From NCBI GenBank assembly GCA_026770705.1, contig JANJGN010000007.1, forward strand, positions 109,306,001-109,370,000: a stretch of 64,000 bases of DNA. Reading direction: 5' to 3'. The notes below the pieces were generated by a model. The model saw nothing but the letters and a program-made list of their open reading frames with translations, was not told the origin of the DNA and made no database searches. A program made the position numbers and the translations under genes. Origin of the DNA: Isurus oxyrinchus. Lineage: Eukaryota. Position 1 is the stretch's first letter; the number at the start of each line of letters is the position of its first letter. Of this stretch, positions 11,322-24,791 are shown piece by piece.

Positions 11322-13830
11322 GAACATAGAAACATAGAAATAGAAAATAGGAACATGAGTAGCATATTTGGCCCAGCGTGTCTGTTCCCCCATTCAAAAT
11401 GATAATAGATGATCCTCTCCCTCAGCGCCATACTCCCGCTTTCTCCCCTACCCCTCAGTACCTTTCGAGTTTAGATACCTATGTATTCCCTTTTGAAATG
11501 TATTCAGTCACGTGGCTTCCACAGCCTTCTGTGGTAGAGAATTCCACAGGTTCAACATCCTCTGGGTGATGACATTTTTCCTCATTTCGGCCCTAAATGG
11601 ACTACCCTGAGACTGTGTACACTTGTCCCAGGAACGCTGAAACTGTGACGCCTTGTTCTAAGGGCCAGCACGCCCATCCCCACTCTCAGCCAGGAGAGCC
11701 ATCCACCCTGGCATTCAATCTGTCCAGTCCTATCAGACTTTTATATGCTTCAATTAGATCCCTCCAAACTCCAATGGATGCAGGCCTAATCGACACAATC
11801 TCTCCTCATTTAACAGCCCTACCAGCCCAGGGATCAGCCTGGAGAAGATTAGCTGCACACCCTCCGTGGCAAGCATGTCCTTCCTGAGATAAGGAGACCA
11901 CAACTGCGCACAAAGCTCCAGGTGTGGTCACACAAAGGCTCTGTGCAGCCTCATTGAGGCATCCTTGCTCCTGTGCTCAAGTCTTCTCGAAATGAAGGCC
12001 AACACATAATTTGCCTCCTTAACTGCTTGCTGCACCTGCGTGCTTGCTTTCAGTGACCGGTGTACAAAGTCATCCAGGTCCCTTTGCACATAAGCATTTT
12101 CTAATCTTTCACGCTTTGAATAAATCTCTGCCATTCTGTTTTTCCTACATACTCTTTATTTTCACACTTATCCATGTATTTTCCCTCTCACTCAACTTGT
12201 CTGAACCGCCTTGAAGCCTCTTAAAATCTTCCACACATGTCAATTTCCAATTACTTCTGTGTCGCTTGCAAACTTGGAAATATTACATTTAGTTTCCTCA
12301 TCCAAATCATTGATATAAGTTGTGAATAGCTGGGCCCAAGCACTCATCCCAATGATTACACTAACTGCCACTCTGAAAATACCAATTTATTTCTCCTCCC
12401 AGTTTCCTGCCTGTCAACCAATTCTCAAACGATGTCAGCCTATTACCCAAAATCACGTGTTTTAATTTTGCACATTAATCCCTTCTGTGGCACTTCATCA
12501 AAAGCTTTCTGAAAATCTAAATACACTACATTCACTGGTTCTCCCTTATCTATTCTACAAGGTGCGCCCTCAAAAAGCTCCAGTAGGTTTGTCATACCTG
12601 ATTTTCCTTTCATAAATGCATGTTGACTTTGTATAATCCTCGTGACATTTTCTAACTGCCCTGTTATCACAGCCGTTAAAATAGACTCCAGCATTTTCAG
12701 TACTACTGATAGTCGGCTAACTAGACTGTGATTCCCTGTTTTCTGTGCCCCCCCACCCTCTGTTTTTTTTTTAATAATGGTGTTGCACATGCCACTCTCC
12801 AATCTGCCGAAGCTATTCCAGGATTTCCAGAATTTTGAAAGATGACAGCAAACGCTCCCAATATTTCTATAGCCACTTCCTTTAGTACCCTGGCATGTAG
12901 ATTAACAGGCCCTGGGGATTTATTGTCTTGCAATCCCATCAATTTCTCCACCACTATGTTTTTACAAATATTAATTTCCTTCAATTGCTCCATCCCACTA
13001 GGCCTTCAGTTTCCATACATTTCTGGGAGGTAGTTGTGCCTTCTTCCGTGAAGAAATCAATAAAGTAGCTGTTTAATGGCTCTGCAGTTTCCTTGTTCTC
13101 GGTTATAATCTCTCCAGTTTTGGACATTTGTCTTTCCTAATCTTATTTCTTTTTACATATTTGGAGAAGCATTTACAGTCCACGCGGCTTAGTATTTTTT
13201 TCTAGCAACTTTATATGACTCCTTTTGTGTCGAATACTATCCTTCATTTATATTGTTATCCATCTTCGGGCTGTTATTCCTGTTATGTTGTTTTGCGCTA
13301 GAAGCGAATGTATAATTGTTGGAATGGAGGCATTCCTTCCTTAAATTATAGCCATTGCCTATCCACCATCACGCCTTTTCATTAAGTCTACTAACCTATC
13401 ATAATCAAATCACCCCTCATACCTTCGTAGCTTCAATTGTTTATATATAGGTTCTTAGTTTCGGATTGGCCTACTTTACTTTTCATCCTAATGAAGAATT
13501 CCAACATGTTATCGTCGCTCTTCCCGAAAGAACTCCGCACTACAAGATTATTAATTAACCCCTTTTCATTGCACAATACCAAAGCTAGGGTAGGCTGTTC
13601 TCTAGTTGGTCCCTCGCTGCATTGGTCTAAAAGAAAATCTCGTACACACTCTGCCACAATATTATTTCTAATTTGGTTTGCCAAATCTATATGTAGATTA
13701 AAGTCACCCAGGATCACTGCAACACCCTTGTGATGTGCATCTCTAATTTGCTGTTTAATGCCGCCCCCTACTTTACCGCTACTGTTTAGAGGCATATTGA
13801 CAACCCTCACGAATGTTTTCTGCCCTGTGG
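11322..13830 (-). mobile_element. 5'-truncated CR1 LINE nested inside another CR1 (plus-strand halves at about 10960-11320 and 13836-14110)
   Basis: Endonuclease (ILGDFNL, LVLCNEKGLI) and RT (SQHAFMKGKS, VYLDFQKAFDEVP) remnants and a catagaaa tail. A probable imperfect TSD gtggca(g/c)aataa lies at both ends. Confidence 0.85.
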
Positions 13831-14929
13831 TGGCACAATAAGGGTAATCCCATTTGAAAAGGAGATGAGATGGAATTTCTTATTTCAGAGGTTCATTAAT
13901 CTTTGGAAATTTCTATCCCAGGGAGCAGTGCCGGCTGGGTCATTGAATATGTTTAGTGCTGAGTTAGTCAGATTTTTGATTTAGAAAGAGCTGCAGGGTT
14001 TGAGGATGCAGAGAGCAGAATGGAGATCAGGTCTGTTTTGTAATTAGAGAACGAGGCTCATGGGACAGAATGGCATTTGCCTGCTATTATTTCTTATGTT
14101 TTCATGTTCGTATGACCGCAGCACTTCAAGAAGCCTCAGTTAATGTTATGGTTTGCGTGGGCATTCACTGTTCTTCTCCCTTTCCCTCGACAGTTGTGGA
14201 AAATCAAAATCATTACAAACAAAGTTGCGACTTTGGTTCGTTGTTTTTTTTATAATCATATCGTGTTCCAGAGATGAATATTATCATCTGAACTGTTGAA
14301 CTAGAAAATGCACAACTGAAATAAGAAAACACACCACCACAATCCACTAGCAAGGTGTGACACAGTGCATAACCAGGGCATTCGACCTTTCGTGCCTTTG
14401 CCAGCTCAATGGTAGAATGGTAGAAACACCACCGCACTTTTCCCTTAGGCCTGTCCCATACATGTTTTCCTTCAATTAGGAATCCAACAGGAGTTCCTGC
14501 GCAGCATTGTTCTTGCCCCTTAACCAGAAGCACTGGGTTTAATTCCCAATTTAGGACTTGATCGCCAGGGAAGGTGCACTCATAACCCGGCAAAACAGTT
14601 TGAGTATCAACTTGTAAATTTTTACAACTTATGGCAATGGAAGATGGTAAGATTGGAAACAATTCTTGTTCTGCAATGTGAAGAGAAGAAATTGGAGCCA
14701 CTACCATCACTATCTATCGCTCGATGTTGCTACAGCAACCCGGGCTCCCTCGGATACGAGTTGGTTGTATGGCTGTTGTGGATCAGATTGGTGCCAACAC
14801 TGAGGGGTTTGATCCTTGTTCGGGGTGGACTGCTTTGGGACCATGCCTCCTTTTTCTACCTATGGTGAAATTCGTGGCGTTTTGAGTCTGACCTGCCTTC
14901 AGGCAGAGGAATCAAGAAGAAGAATATTT

Positions 14930-15430
14930 TATATTGTTGAATCTGCCTGCACCATTCTTTCAGGTAATACATTTCAAATCACAACGTTCCGCACCTGAAT
15001 TTTAGTTTTATGCCAATCACTTTAAATCTGTATTTTCTGGTTACGGACTCTTCATCTCCTTGGAAACAATTTATCCTTGTTTCCTCTAGCAAAACTATTC
15101 AGGTTTTTGAAAACCACTATGTAACCTCTCCTTAACCTTCGCTTCTTGAAAGAGAATTTCCACATCTTCTCCAGTCTCTCTGCATAACTGATGACCCTCA
15201 TCCCTGGTACCATTATAGTAAATCCCTCTAGCACCTTTTCAAGGCCTTGATATCCTTCATGAAACATTGTTCCCAGAATTGAACTATACCTGATGGCTGT
15301 ACAGTGTTTTATAAACCTTTGTCCGAATTACTCGTTTTTCATCCATCTCTTAGTGAAGCCAATGGTTACTTGATCAACTTCTGAACAACTTCCTCACATT
15401 GTTCTGCCACCTTCAAAGATTTGTGCACAT
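14930..15430 (-). mobile_element. CR1 LINE fragment
   Basis: LEKVLEGFTIMVPGMRVISYAERLEK...KRRLR. Confidence 0.75.
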
Positions 15431-16484
15431 CGAGCTAAAATCTCCCTGAGATAAAACCTAAAATTTCGACAGCCCCTTCAATATCTACAGGGTATGTTCC
15501 AATACGCCAATCTGCCTTATCAGCGTCCAAATCCTGATTTATTTTTCCATCAGAGGGTGAAAAATCCTAATCTTGGTGCAATTTGCGGGAGAATGTTTGG
15601 AGTGGCCCACTTTCAATTATTAGAAAGCGATTCTACGGATGCTTAACTATATTTACCCTGGTAAAAGCTCTTTAAAATTTTACGTTTAAGCCCCCAACCC
15701 CGTACATAATGGTTAATCTAATTTTCTAGTCTAGTTCTGATTGAATTGTATAGAATCCATAGATCAAAACGGGAATCACGTTACTGTCACATAACACGTA
15801 AATTAGGAAATCGTCAAAACAGGATGCAATTAAGAACCAAGCAGATTAGGGAATTATGTAAGGAATACAAACTGCAGAGAATGCTTTGCACCCTTATCAT
15901 CAGTATCGTTTTTGTTATAAGTTATGCATTTGGCGCTTCCTACAGTAGATACTGCGACTGCATATTCTTTTACTTCTACAGGGATGCATTATTGCTTATA
16001 ACATAATCACACTAGTTCTACAATACGGCCTTTAGTGTAAACGGGGAAATGGAGGGCGATAATGCATAGCCAAAGTTAGACAATACTGAAGTTGACCGGT
16101 AACGATTATCTCGATTGCATTCTATGGCGTCGTGGTTTAATACCTGTGGAAGTTTGCTTCGTACGAGTCTGTATTTTGATTACGAAACCTGCTTTCTGTT
16201 ATAGTGTCAAATTAGAGTGTTTGAAAGTCTATTATGCTCGAAAACTATTTCCTGAATCTACTGCCCTATGATCAGCATCGCGCTAATGCAGTTGTATTAA
16301 ATAATATGAAATCACCATTACTTTACGAAATTCATGCAGTGTGGCTAACGATCACTTTATCCCTTGCTCAGAATGTAGATGAGGTTTATATTTCTTGGGG
16401 AAATAATTTACACAGGTACATTTTAGTCCACGACTCAACTGCCTTGACAAACAGAACAGCTGAGACTTTTTCTGGAGAAATACA

Positions 16485-16566
16485 ATGGAATTTAGGTAAT
16501 TCCTTCCAATGTTTCCCCCTTTTCTGTTTCACCTCTGCGTCGGATCTAATGCAATTAATCAAATTT
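16485..16566 (+). pseudogene. Gene D: candidate leader exon
   Basis: Reads MEFR*FLPMFPPFLFHLCVGSNAINQI and ends in a phase-1 donor T|gtaagt, about 640 bp upstream of a V remnant. Confidence 0.4.
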
Positions 16567-17209
16567 GTAAGTATTCATCGGCAAGTGTATATAATAATTT
16601 GATCACAGCAACCCTACATCATGAACTAGTAACGACATTCAGAGGGGCAGACATCACCTCCTCCTATATACTCTGCTGCACATACATGCAGTGAAATTTA
16701 ATTTATCTGGTGTTAGTCCTCTATCTTATACATTTGCCTGTAGAAATGTGATTCAACGTACCACAGAACATCAAGTCTAGCAATTAACAGCACAATTATT
16801 CAACGATAACTTTAATATCTTAATATCTGACAATTAACTTCACTGGGCCACAACATGAACAATGAAAAATGTAGGATCTCATTCTTTCAGGTTTCAATTG
16901 TAGAAGATTTAAGAATAAAATCTGATCTGCATGAAATTCGCCCACTCTAATAAATTCATTAGGCCAATTTATGAAAGAGCTCCAGTAAGTTTTTTATAGG
17001 ACTACCAAAGGTCTAGGAGACGAGAGCGGCCGAGTGATACAAGTGCCCCTAACTACTTGTTAAGACCTGTTTCAGTCAAGATCTAAAAAGAATATAAAGC
17101 ACCAAGATAGCTCAAGGACACGTCTAATACAATAAAGCCAGCAATGTATGTGCATTCTTGCAGCCACTGCACAACCTACAGTCAGGCTGGCACAAACAAT
17201 TGCTTTCAG

Positions 17210-17425
17210 GTCATTTCATTTCAAGTCATTTCATTCTTCCTCCATAGATGAGTAAGCATTTACATTAAGAAGGTAAGAGATCATATTATATTGTGAAATC
17301 CTCTGTCCAAGGACAACTCACGTGTAGAACTACGTTGGTGAAAGCAGAATAAGAATGAATACCTGAAGGCAGCCGCCTATCACAGAAAAAATATTTGGCC
17401 TGAGGAGGACATTTCTTCAGTTGTG
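17210..17425 (+). pseudogene. Gene D: 5' half of a degenerate V exon, cut off by a CR1 insertion
   Basis: After tgctttcag|, frameshifted pieces EIILYCE / PLSKDNSRVELRW*KQNKNEYLKAAAYHRK / IFGLRRTFLQLW match the C...WWK...EYL...RK pattern of the gene A and B V domains. CR1 endonuclease sequence starts immediately afterwards. Confidence 0.65.
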
Positions 17426-17620
17426 GAAATAGAAACGAATAATTACGATCTGATTGCCATTAGAGAGACATGGCCGCAGATGACATAGATTAGGACCTGA
17501 ATATTGAAGGGGGTGTGACATTTAGGAAGGACATGAAGTAAGGGACAGATGGAGGGGTGGTTCTGTTAATTAATGAATGGATGAGCACATTAGGGAGGGA
17601 TGATCAGATTTGATGGCTCG
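17426..17620 (+). mobile_element. CR1 endonuclease fragment interrupting the gene D V exon
   Basis: EIETNNYDLIAIRETW...FRKD..GGV APE endonuclease N-terminal motifs. Confidence 0.7.
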
Positions 17621-20600
17621 ACGAAGTTTTATGGGAAAAAGCTGCCTCCCAATCAAATTTTGCAATTTTGGAGATTAATTTCCCAGCCTACACTGGATGC
17701 ACAGGCATCCCAATATCATTACTCAGTGCTCTTGCATCTTGTTTGTAATTTGGCTGCAAATGTACTCATCGATCGCCATTCCCTTATTTGCTATCCAATA
17801 ATATTCAATCATAATAGAACCTCAATTTTCCTTTAAATTTTGTCTATGATCCCGATATTGCATACAGCCCGTTTAGTTCTGTAAGATCATCTGTTATCAG
17901 TACTGAAACATACCCATTTCATCTACTCCCTCCGATTTCCTGAATATGTTGTGGCCTGGAATGTTACGTGCCACTTCTACAGTTCCGTCAGAGCTGGGTT
18001 ATTATTATTTTTTGATCATCCCAAGTGGCTGGTGCTTCTTCCGGCTCACCCAAGTGAAATTCCAGAGGGTTGCACCAAGTTTTTTGAATGGGGAAATGGA
18101 AATAGTGCTCACATTGAAGGAACTAATTTGGAAATCTGTTCATATGAAACAGGATTCAAGACTAAATGCGCTTATTGAAAGTAATTAGTTAATTGTCTCA
18201 AATCATGTTTATAAGATTAGTATGCTCACCTCCCCAAGTACATGACAGTATTTGGCAAACAAGTGGCGTAGCCATCCAAGTTCATGTCTCTCTGCGCAAA
18301 GGGAAGCCTTGCAGAATCTCGCTGTTCTCTTCCACAATCGCAGACTGCAATGTAATTGTAATGGAAAAAATAGCAACCCAGCGTTTGTTCCCATTCCATG
18401 CCAACCATATGCAAAAGCATTGATCCCTTAAAGATAAGTTGAAAGAGTTCATGGAAGTCATTGCAAAAAATGAAAACCACACGTTCTTCCATCTCATCGC
18501 TTTCACCTTGCATATTATACAAATATGTCCTTCCCGTCATACTGCGCCCTGGATCCCTGTCTTCCTTTATCGTCCCTTTCTTATTCCCGCATGATCTCTC
18601 TAAGCTCACCTAATGTACATTCTTCAATCTCATTCTTCATTGCCTTTATTGAACCGTATTTGCTTACCACACAACTGGCTTTTCTGGCCACAAATTGGCT
18701 AAAATCTGTCGCGGACACAATGCACGTGCTTCCGTTGCGCCTGTGAACAGTATGCTTTGTTTGGGGCAAAAAGGATTGGTTTTCTTGCTCTTGGAGTTTG
18801 TGTTCCAAAGAAATTACTTAGCAGCAAGCTTTCGTGGTTTAATATGAAGCAATATTGTCTAATAACACACATTTACTCCGAATTAACACATCGCCACATA
18901 CTCGGTTTTAGACACGCACAGACACACAAAAAGATTTGTTAAGATAAAAATAAATCACGTCTACAGATTAGTTACAACCGGCCCTGATTTACGATTCCCA
19001 GCCTCTCATGTGACAAGCATGTAATTTCATGAATGGTTTCGATAAAAATAAGTTGAATCGAGGATCTTGTGAAGCCTAGGGTTCACAACAGGTTGCGAAT
19101 CTTCCTGTAGTTGAATATCAAAGACGGTGTTTCTCAGGCGAACTTTGAAACTGGATCATGCTAAGCACTTTGGCTCTGTGATGTCTTGCGGCTGGTTTCA
19201 GTGTATTGTTCTCAGGCTGCCTGACAACTAAGGTTGTAAAGGATCCGCAATGTCCTACTGTCATAAAGGTGTTGTCTCTGATATCGTGCATTACAGTATG
19301 AATGACTATGGCAGCAGGCTTGGACATGATCAACCAATGCACTATTGTCCAATACTTTCCTTTGTCATCCCATTAGACTACGTCTATTTGTCAATCAATT
19401 TAACCTCGTTGATAGGAAACCTTTTAGAAATCTTAACAGGCAATTACATTGCTATTATTAGACATTTGCAATCATATGCATTAATTCTGGGACGCTAGGA
19501 CGGATTATTTAAAGGGAAAGTTTTTAAATAACTTGATTTAGGACAAATAATCCAAGTGATGCATTGAAGTGTACGCATACAATATAAGGCTTCACATCAA
19601 AAAGAGAAATGATACCTATTTTGCCTGCAGACGTTGATCCCGATGTTGTGAATGAATTGAACTGATTTTTAAGCTGAATTGAAGATAATTAATTTGAAGA
19701 ATATGTGATTTTGCAGCATGCTTCACTTCGTGAATTAAGATGTTCTTCTGTTATATCAACAAATGGAAAATAAAGAAGTGATTCTATCAAATGAATCCAT
19801 GGCAAGCATATGGCCCAGAACATATCAGCATGAAAATTCTGAAGGAATGTGCCTATGAATTGGCAGTTCCTTTCGCTTTGGTCTTTCAGAAATCATTCGA
19901 CTTGCATACTGTTCCTCGCTGTTGGAAATCAGCTTTCATCTTTCCGGTTGCCAGGAAGTCGCAGCAGGTTGTGTTGAATAATTACTGAACAGTTGATTTT
20001 ACATTGATCGTCATGAAGTGTTTCGAGCACATTGTGTCAAAGCGACTTTCAGATCCTCTGGTTCCACATATTCATCAGTTACAGTTTGCCTACCAACCTC
20101 ATAACTAAGTGCACGATACCGTTCGGGGCTTGGTCCATTTGATCTAACTGCATACGGATCGATTAGGTATCGATTCCCGCTGCTGCTTCTATTAATTTCT
20201 CTTCACATTTAATACCATGCAAAATTTCCAGTTTATTGAAAAATTGAAAAACATTGATGTTGATCCTATTCTTTGCCATTGGATTCGTGATTTCCTTTTC
20301 ACCAAGACCAAGGATGTTAATTCCTGGGATTTACTCGGAGCCCATGTTCATGAACGCCGGATCTCCTCAGGACTGTGTATTTCAAATTTGCTTTTCATCC
20401 TCTACACGAATGATTGTCGATTGGAATACAAAGATATCCTGATAACACGGTACACGTTGGCTGCATAAGAATCAATGAATGCAACTATAGGATCTTTGTT
20501 GTAAAGCTTGTACAATCATGTGACAACGATTCCCTTTAGCAGAACGAAGAAAAGGCGAAAGGACAAGTAAGAGGTTTCAGGGAAAAGCCAGTTGATGTTA

Positions 20601-20650
20601 TTGTTCCCAGGAAGATTCATGATGTGTACACTGGACAGTTACTACCTAGT

Positions 20651-20855
20651 TAAAAACAAAGAAAACTGCGGATGCTGTAAATCCAAAACAAAAACAGAAT
20701 TACCTGGAAAAACTCAGCAGGTCTGGCAGCATCGGCGGAGAAGAAAAGAGACAGAACAGTTCTGTCGAAGGGTCATGAGGACTCGAAACGTCAACTCTTT
20801 TCTTCTCCGCCGATGCTGCCAGACCTGCTGAGTTTTTCCAGGTAATTCTGTTTTT
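20651..20855. mobile_element. Young palindromic non-autonomous Penelope-derived element
   Basis: A 13-bp TSD gttactacctagt lies at 20638-20650 and 20856-20868. Perfect inverted arms of about 61 bp (20690-20750 and 20795-20855) surround a hammerhead motif. Confidence 0.8.
20758..20796 (+). ncRNA. Minimal hammerhead ribozyme motif (CUGUCGA variant, GUC cleavage triplet)
   Basis: agtt-CTGTCGA-A-GGGTC-atgag-GACTC-GAAAC-GTC-aact. Confidence 0.6.
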
Positions 20856-21291
20856 GTTACTACCTAGTACCTGGCTTTCAAAGTAGATAAAAAGGTTAAT
20901 TGAAGGGAACAGTTTGCAGATGTAGTAACGAAGGGACATAAGCGATTATACTAACTCAGAAAATTGAAATATTTTCCAGTGGATCCCACAATTCTAAAAC
21001 TCTTCGATACAGCTGCATTTGAGATTGCTATCTTCTTTTGATGTCTCTCTTGGTACTGTCATCTTAGGAAAATAGAATCGTTAAGGGTATAGAGATATTT
21101 GAATCAAGCTGGGAGAGTATTTCAGGAGCAGATCTTTATTGGCATGATATGCTCCAGAACAATTTTGAAGAAGCAAGAATGTAATGAACAATGCGAATCG
21201 CCCCTGGTTTCAGTATTACTGTTGGGTGCATTCAGGGAAAATGTTACATACCCTTAGATTAAGAACAGATCGGTTCTTGAACTTCTGTTAA

Positions 21292-24130
21292 ACCTCATTC
21301 ACAGAATGTGGGCTTCGCTGGCTGGGTCAGCATTGATTGCCCAGCCCTAGCTGCCTTTAAGCAGTTTGTGGTGAGCTGCCTTCTTGAATTGCTGCAGTCC
21401 ATGTAGTGTAGGCACACCCACGGTGCTGTAAGGAAGGGAGTTCCAGGATTTTGTCCCAATGACAGTGAAGGAATGGCGACATATTTCCAAGTCAAGGAAG
21501 TGAGTAACTTTCCAAGTGAGTGACTTTCCATGGAACTTCCATGTGGTGGCATTACCGTCCATCTGCTGCCCTTGTTCTTCGATATGGTAGTGGTCGTGTG
21601 TTGGAAGGTGCTGTCAAAGGAGCCTTGATGAATTCCTGCAGTGCATCTTGTAGATGGTATACACTACTGCTACTGTGCGTGAGTGGTGGAGGGAGTGAAT
21701 GTTTGTGGATGTGGTGCGAATCAGGCAGACTGCTTTGTCCTGGATGGTGTTAAGCTTCCTGAGTGTTCTGGGAGCTGCACTCATCCAGGTGAGTGGCGAT
21801 TATTCCATCACGCTCCTGACTCGTACCTTTTTGATGGTGGGCAGGTTTTCGTGAGTCAGGAGGTTAGTTAGTCATCGCAGGATTCCTAGCCTCTGACCTG
21901 CTCTTGCAGCCAGAGTATTTATATGCCTATTCCAGTTCCGATCCTGGTCAATGGTAATCACTAGATTGTTGAAAGTGGGGTGTGGGGGGGGGGGGGCGGT
22001 GGGTGCGGGGCGTTCAGTGATATTAATACCGTTGAAAATCAAGGGGCGATGGTTGGATTCCCTCTTGTTGGAAATGATCATTGCCTCACGCTTGTGTGGT
22101 ACAAATGTTACTTGCCACTTAGCCCAAGCCTGGATTGTCAAGGGCTTGCTGCATTTGGACATGGATTTCTTCAGTATCAGGAGAGTCATGAATGGTCCTG
22201 CATGTTGTGCAATCATCAGCGCACATCCCCACTCCTGACCTTATGATGGAAGTAAGGTCATTCATGAAGCAGCTAAGGATGGTTGGGCCGAGGACACTAT
22301 CCTCAGGTACTCCTGCACTGATATCCTAGAGCTCAGATGACTGACGCCCAACAACGGCAAACATCTTCATTTGTGCTAGGCATGACTGCAACCAGTGAAG
22401 GGTTTTCACACTGACTCCCATTGACTCCAGTTTTCCCAGGGCTCCTTGATGCCAAACCCTGTCAAATGCTGCCTTCTTATCAAAGGGCAGTCACTCTCAT
22501 CTCAGCGCGGGTGTTCAGCTCCTTTGTCCATGTCTGAATCATGGTTGCAATGAGATCAGGAGCTCAGTGGCCCTGGCAGAACCTAAACTGGGCGTGAGTG
22601 AGCAGGTTATTTCTTATCAATTGCAGTTTGATTGCACTGTTGATTAATCCTTCCATTACTTTACAGATGATGGAGAGAAGACTGATGGAGTGGCAAGTGC
22701 CCAGTTTCTGCATAGCCGGGTGGATGCCAGTGTTGTAGCTGTACTGGGTCAGCTTGGCTCGGGGCGTGGCATGTTCGGGAACAGAAGTCTTTCGTACTAT
22801 TACCGGAGTATTGTTCGGGCCCATATACTTTGCAAGATACAGCGTGTTCAGTAGTTGATATCACGTGGAGTGAATCGAATTGGCTGAGGACTGGCTTCTA
22901 TCATGCTGGCGACGCCCGGAGGAGGCCAAGGTAGTTCATAAACTCGGCCATTCTGGGATGAATATCTAGCAAATTATTCAGCCTTTTTTTTGCGCTGTTG
23001 TTCTGGGCTCCTGTATCAATAAGGAGGGGGATATTTGTGGAGCCTTTTCCTCCAGAGAGTTGTTTAATTGTCCACCACCATTCACGACTGGATGTGACAT
23101 GATTGCAGATCTTGGATCTCATTCGTTGAATGTGGGCTCACTTAGCCCTTTCTATCAGTTGCTGCTAATGCTGTGTGGCACACAAGTAGTTTTGTCTTAT
23201 AGCTTCACCAGGCTCTGACCTCATTTTTAGGTAAGACTAGTGCTGCTCATGGCACGCCCTCTTTCATTCTTCATTGAGCCAGGGTTGACCTCTTGGCTTA
23301 ATGGTAATGGTAAATTGGGGGATTTGCCCGGCCATCATGATACAGATTGTGTTCGTGTGCAATTCTGCTGCTACTGCTGGCCCATACCGCCTCATGGATG
23401 TCCAGTCTTGAGTTGCTAGATCTGTAGGAACTCTATCCCATTTAGCACGGAGATAGTGCCTCGCAACATAATGGAGGGCATCCTCAACGTGAAGGTGAGG
23501 CTTCATCTCCACACCAACTACGCTGTGGTCATTCCTACCGATACAGTAATGGACAGATTCATCTGTGTCAGGCAAGCTGCTGAGGATGTAAAGTATGTTT
23601 TTTTCACTTTTTTTGTTCCCTCACCACCTGCCACAAGCCCAGTCTAGCACTATGCCATTTAGGATTCGTCCAGTTTGGTCAGTCGTGGTGCCATTCTTGG
23701 TGGTGAACATTGAAGTCCCCCACCCCGAGTACATTCTGCGCCCTTACCACCCTCAGTGCTTCCTCCAAGTGGTGTTCATCATGGAGGAGCACTGATTTAT
23801 CAGCTGAGGGGGCTGGAATGTGATTATCAGCAGGAGGTTTCCTTGCTCATGTTTGACCTGATGCCAGGAGACATCATGGGTCCAGAGTCGATGCTAAGAA
23901 CCCCCAGGGACAAATACCTCCGCCACCTCTGCTGGATCTGTCCTGCCAGTGGGACAGGACATACTTAGGATGATGATGGTAGTCCCTGGGTCAATATCTG
24001 TCAGGTATTATTCTGTGTGGGTGATTATGTCAGGCTGTTGCTTGAGTAGTCTGAGAGACAGCTCTCCCAGTTTTGACACTAGCCCCAAGCTGTTAGTAAG
24101 GAGGACGTTGCAAGGCCGACAAGGCTGGGT
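21292..24130 (-). mobile_element. LINE (second CR1/L2-group family) with EN+RT remnants
   Basis: ISLLSIICKVMEGLIN...AQFRFCQGH, QAWAKWQVTFVPHK and AGQRLGILR, plus a 3' tail ttcaagaaggcagctcacc. Confidence 0.75.
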
Positions 24131-24791
24131 GATTACTTTTTTGTGATTTTGTAGTGGTTTGTTACAACTGAGTGGCTTCTGGGCCATTTCATCCGCATTT
24201 AAGAGTCACAGTCACATGTAGCTAGACCAGTTAAGGACAACGTATTTCCTCTCCTAAAGGACATTAGTGAAGCAGCTGGGTTTTTCCAACAATCGACAAT
24301 GGTTTTATGGTCATCATCAGACTTTTAATTCATTTTTCTTATTGAATTCAAACTCCACCATCTGTCGTGTCCTGCTCTGGACCCCAGAGCATTTACCCGG
24401 GGACTCTGGATTACTAGTCTAGAGACAATACTCGGTCAACTCCCCCACTTCTTCGTGCCCTTGCCAAAAAAGAGGTGTCAAAGACAGAATTTACATGTCT
24501 TTTTACTGCCTCTGATCAGTACATTTTATGCAGATGGAGTTCTCCGTGTTCTTATTCTTGGAGTGTGCATTCCAATTAAATAATACAGCTGCAAGTTTTT
24601 GTAACTTGAAATATGAAGAAGATTATTTATTCTCACATGTTTACATTAAATTAAATTCAAAGTCATATTAACTCTATCTTACTCAGGCACCCATACACAT
24701 AATAATTGGATACAAATAAACGTCATGCACTTTTGCAGGTTGAGGCTATCTCACTATTTGATTTAATGTCATCAATCTCCCTCCTGGCAGG

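Larger units (their letters stand above)
19500..21290 (+). mobile_element. Rex1/Babar-like LINE, decayed
   Basis: AYGPEHISMKILKECAYELA...VPRCWKSAFIFPVARK...LNNY, IVMKCFEHIV, LQFAYQP, ILCHWIRDFL and LFILYTNDC. Confidence 0.75.

Noticed and set aside
14213-14710. 165-aa minus-strand ORF
   Set aside because: No recognisable domain or consistent splice signals; likely a chance ORF.
13836-17620. Idea that the gene D leader+V is the inverted 5' end of gene C
   Set aside because: The candidate breakpoint near 13830 is explained by a nested CR1 with a probable TSD, and no minus-strand 3' half of a V exon was found.
18193-18808. Overlapping 60-127 aa ORFs on both strands
   Set aside because: No motifs or coherent splice structure; treated as non-coding.
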